Shown here piece after piece: positions 61,333-64,000 of a stretch of DNA of 64,000 nucleotides (position 1 is the first letter of the stretch; each line of letters begins with the position of its first letter). Source of the DNA: Azolla caroliniana (taxonomy: Eukaryota > Plantae > Polypodiophyta); contig JBHGNT010000014.1 in NCBI GenBank assembly GCA_043228905.1, positions 11,408,001-11,472,000 on the forward strand, given 5' to 3'. A program made the translations under genes and the position numbers. The notes below the pieces were generated by a model. That model was not told the DNA's origin and searched no databases. It worked only from the letters and a program-made list of their open reading frames with translations.

Positions 61333-64000
61333 AGAGGGCTGCCAAGGCGTGGGGCCGAGACAGTCCGGACACTCAGGAAAGACCCCACGACTATACGATA
61401 GGTAGAAAAATTTGCTTCTCCAACAATGGAGGGTGTATGATGGTCGGCATCGTTGGCCGAGAAAAGACAAGGGCGGAAGAGCGACTTCGAGCGTGCGGAG
61501 TTCTCGGCCCGGACGAGGAAATCAGCGGAGCCGTGGAGGCGGTCTCCTTCGACGACACCTTAGGGATGCTGAGGAAGGTTGCCAGAGAAGACCTTAACGA
61601 AGACCGGACGATACCGGTATGTTCCGAAGAGATGTACGAAGTCATCGCGGACTTCAGTCGGGGGCTCGGGTCGGATCGGACGGCCCGAGTTAGCACAAAG
61701 TATAAGACTGTGGACCGGAAGGTAAGGCCAGTCGCGGCACCCTTACCGGAGGGCAGCGAGTCCCGGATCAGAGGGGTTGCGTCGGCCCCCAGTTTACGAG
61801 ATCCGGCCCGCATAGGACACACCTTCACCGACGGGACGCTCCAGGAGCTCAAGATCGGTGGGGGCGGGTTCCTACTGCCGGCGGAGGAAGACCGGTTTCG
61901 GAGGATGCTCAGAAGGCACGGGAAAGCCTTCGCATTCTCACCGGAAGAAATCGGGTGCGTAGACCCGACGATCGTGGAGCCGATGGTGATATTCACGGTA
62001 CCGCATGTGCCGTGGAATCTCAAGCCGATCCCGGTACCGAGAGCTCACATCCCGAAGTTGATGGAGCTACTGAGGCAGAAAGTAGATATGGGCATTCTCG
62101 AACCGTCGAGTGCCCCATACTCGAACCGATGGTTTACCGTACCGAAGAAAAACGAAACGTTGCGCTTCATTCAAGACCTGCAGCCGGTCAACAGAGTGAC
62201 CATCCGGAACGCAGGAATCGGACCGACTATAGACGAGTTCGCGGAGGCCTTCGCCGGAAGGTCGATTTACTCGGTCGGTGATCTGTACTCGGGGTACGAC
62301 CAGTTCCAGCTAGCCGTGGAGAGCAGAGACATTACGACAATGCGAACTCCCCTCGGCCTAGTCCGAATGTGTACCCTGCCACAAGGAGGGACCAACTCGG
62401 TGGCCCACATGGTGAATGCAATGAACAAAGTACTGAGGGATTGCATACCGGACATCACCATGCCGTTTCTAGACGACATCCCCATAAAGGGGTGCCCGGT
62501 GGAAGAGAAGGACGAGACACTCGGGCCGGACGGATGCCGGCGATTCGTAGCAACACACATCGACGACTGCGAGAAGGTGCTACAAAGGCTAGAGGACGCG
62601 AGGCTCACCTTCTCCGGAGAGAAATCGGCCTTCGGGCAATCGGAAATCCTGGTAGTCGGGCACCTATGTGGGCCATATGGCCGGAAGCCGTCTCCGGCAA
62701 AGGTAGAAGCCATCTCCGCGATGAAGACCGACTGTAGCTCGGTTACGGAAGTTCGGAGGTTCCTGGGGGCATGCGCATTCTACCACATATGGATCCCGCA
62801 TTACGCCCACGTTGCGGAGCCGCTATACGGGTTGCTGAAGAAGGGGCAAAGATTCGAGTGGCGAGACGAGCACACGGGGTCGGTCCGGAAGCTGAAGGAA
62901 GCTCTTACGGCAGCTCCGGCGCTCCGGAAGGCTGTCTACGAGAAGGGTACCCCGGTATACATAACGGTGGATACGAGTCCGACCGGGATCGGATGGGTCG
63001 TCAACCAAGAAGACGAGGATGGCATTCGGTTCCCGATCCGATTCGGCGCGAAGGTCCTCAGTGAGCGACAGCGAGGGTACGCCCAGGTTAAACGAGAACT
63101 CTGGGGTATCGTTTCGGCAGTAAAGGCGGACAAAGACTACCTGATCGGGACAGAAGTGATTATCGAGACGGATTGCCTGCCGATTCTTGGCATGGTTTCC
63201 GGATGCGCGACACCGGACCTGGCGATGCTCAGGTGGATAGCGTACATCAAGTCCCTGGACCCAGAGATACAACACATTTCCGGAAAGGACAACGCCATGG
63301 CCGACATGCTTTCAAGGGCGAGGTTTGATGACGAGGGCGGCATGGTTTTGGAGGACGAAGAAGTCGGCGTGGACTTCTTCGAGGCGGCGTACGTGACGAC
63401 CGATGGGACGAGCACTCCAGCACTTAACAACTTCGACGAGAGCAAGTACGACGGCGAGTGGCTCCAGATCGGTGGATTCTTGAGGACAATGACGTCGGAT
63501 GCATCATGGACGAAGGACGAGGCCAACCGGATCCGGAAGAAAGCTTACCGATTCTTTCTCCGGGACGGATACTTATGGAAGCACCCGAAGAAGAGGGACG
63601 GCGCTCCGCTCCGGGTGGTGGCAATGAAGGAAGAACAGGAGGAGCTGCTGACGGCCTACCACGACAGCCCTTGGGCCGGACACCGTGGAACCTGGGCCAC
63701 GTTCGAGAAGATAAAGGGGAAGTACTGGTGGCCGAGACTGTACCGGGACGTGCATCGATTCGTGACAACTTGCGAGAGCTGTCAGATGCACTCCTTAGTC
63801 CGACACCGAGACGAACTTCACCCTACGTACCCTCCGACCATCCACTTCAAATGGATGGTAGACCTGGTAACGATGTCGGTAGGAGTAGGACAGATGCGGT
63901 ATCTGGTCCTGGCTCGGGAAGATCTAACGAACCAGGTGGAAGGCAGGGCCCTTCAGAACAAAACGACTACGGTCGTATGTCGGTTCCTGCTCGAGGACGT
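61329..64000 (+). CDS. pol (RT, RNase H, start of integrase) of element M, apparently open to the window edge
   Basis: YKTVDRKVRPV, DLYSGYDQ, LPQGGTNS, FLDDI (62466), VDTSPTGIGW, and HDSPWAGH..CESC. No stop-terminated ORF in this frame appears in the ORF track. Confidence 0.9.

Larger units (their letters stand above)
58528..64000 (+). mobile_element. Element M: GC-rich tRNA-Trp-primed Gypsy element (5' LTR 58528-59160), continuing past the window
   Basis: TG..CA LTR, PBS, gag with CMWCDEVGHIRKDC, PR LVDHGSEIN, and RT-RH-IN domain order. Confidence 0.95.

Noticed and set aside
59360-63791. Many long antisense and alternate-frame ORFs over gag-pol regions (also in G and the LTR arrays)
   Set aside because: Expected shadows of GC-rich coding sequence and tandem repeats, with no recognisable domains.

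Overview
Plant nuclear, repeat-dense DNA, probably from a non-seed plant such as a fern (inferred from self-priming chromoviruses and a PLS-type PPR remnant). No intact host gene is present. The window is mostly a stack of nested, decayed Ty1/Copia and Ty3/Gypsy LTR retrotransposons and solo LTRs, up to five layers deep, and most could be delimited exactly by TG..CA ends, PBS/PPT and target-site duplications (TSDs). Two things stand out. (1) At about 47.9-58.5 kb, a spliceosomal-intron-containing gene for a ParB-like domain plus a beta-class DNA amino-(N6A/N4C)-methyltransferase sits head-to-head with a Sola-like DDD transposase that has a BAH-like tail. This looks like a decayed DNA transposon carrying a bacterial-type methyltransferase. 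(2) Two chromovirus insertions share the same fold-back junction (U3 - self-primer - AC - inverted U5), a third insertion is a U3-like/U3-like hairpin, and all three have 5-bp TSDs. This suggests a recurrent aberrant reverse-transcription route in Tf1-like self-priming elements. All calls come from manual reading; no alignments or database searches were run.
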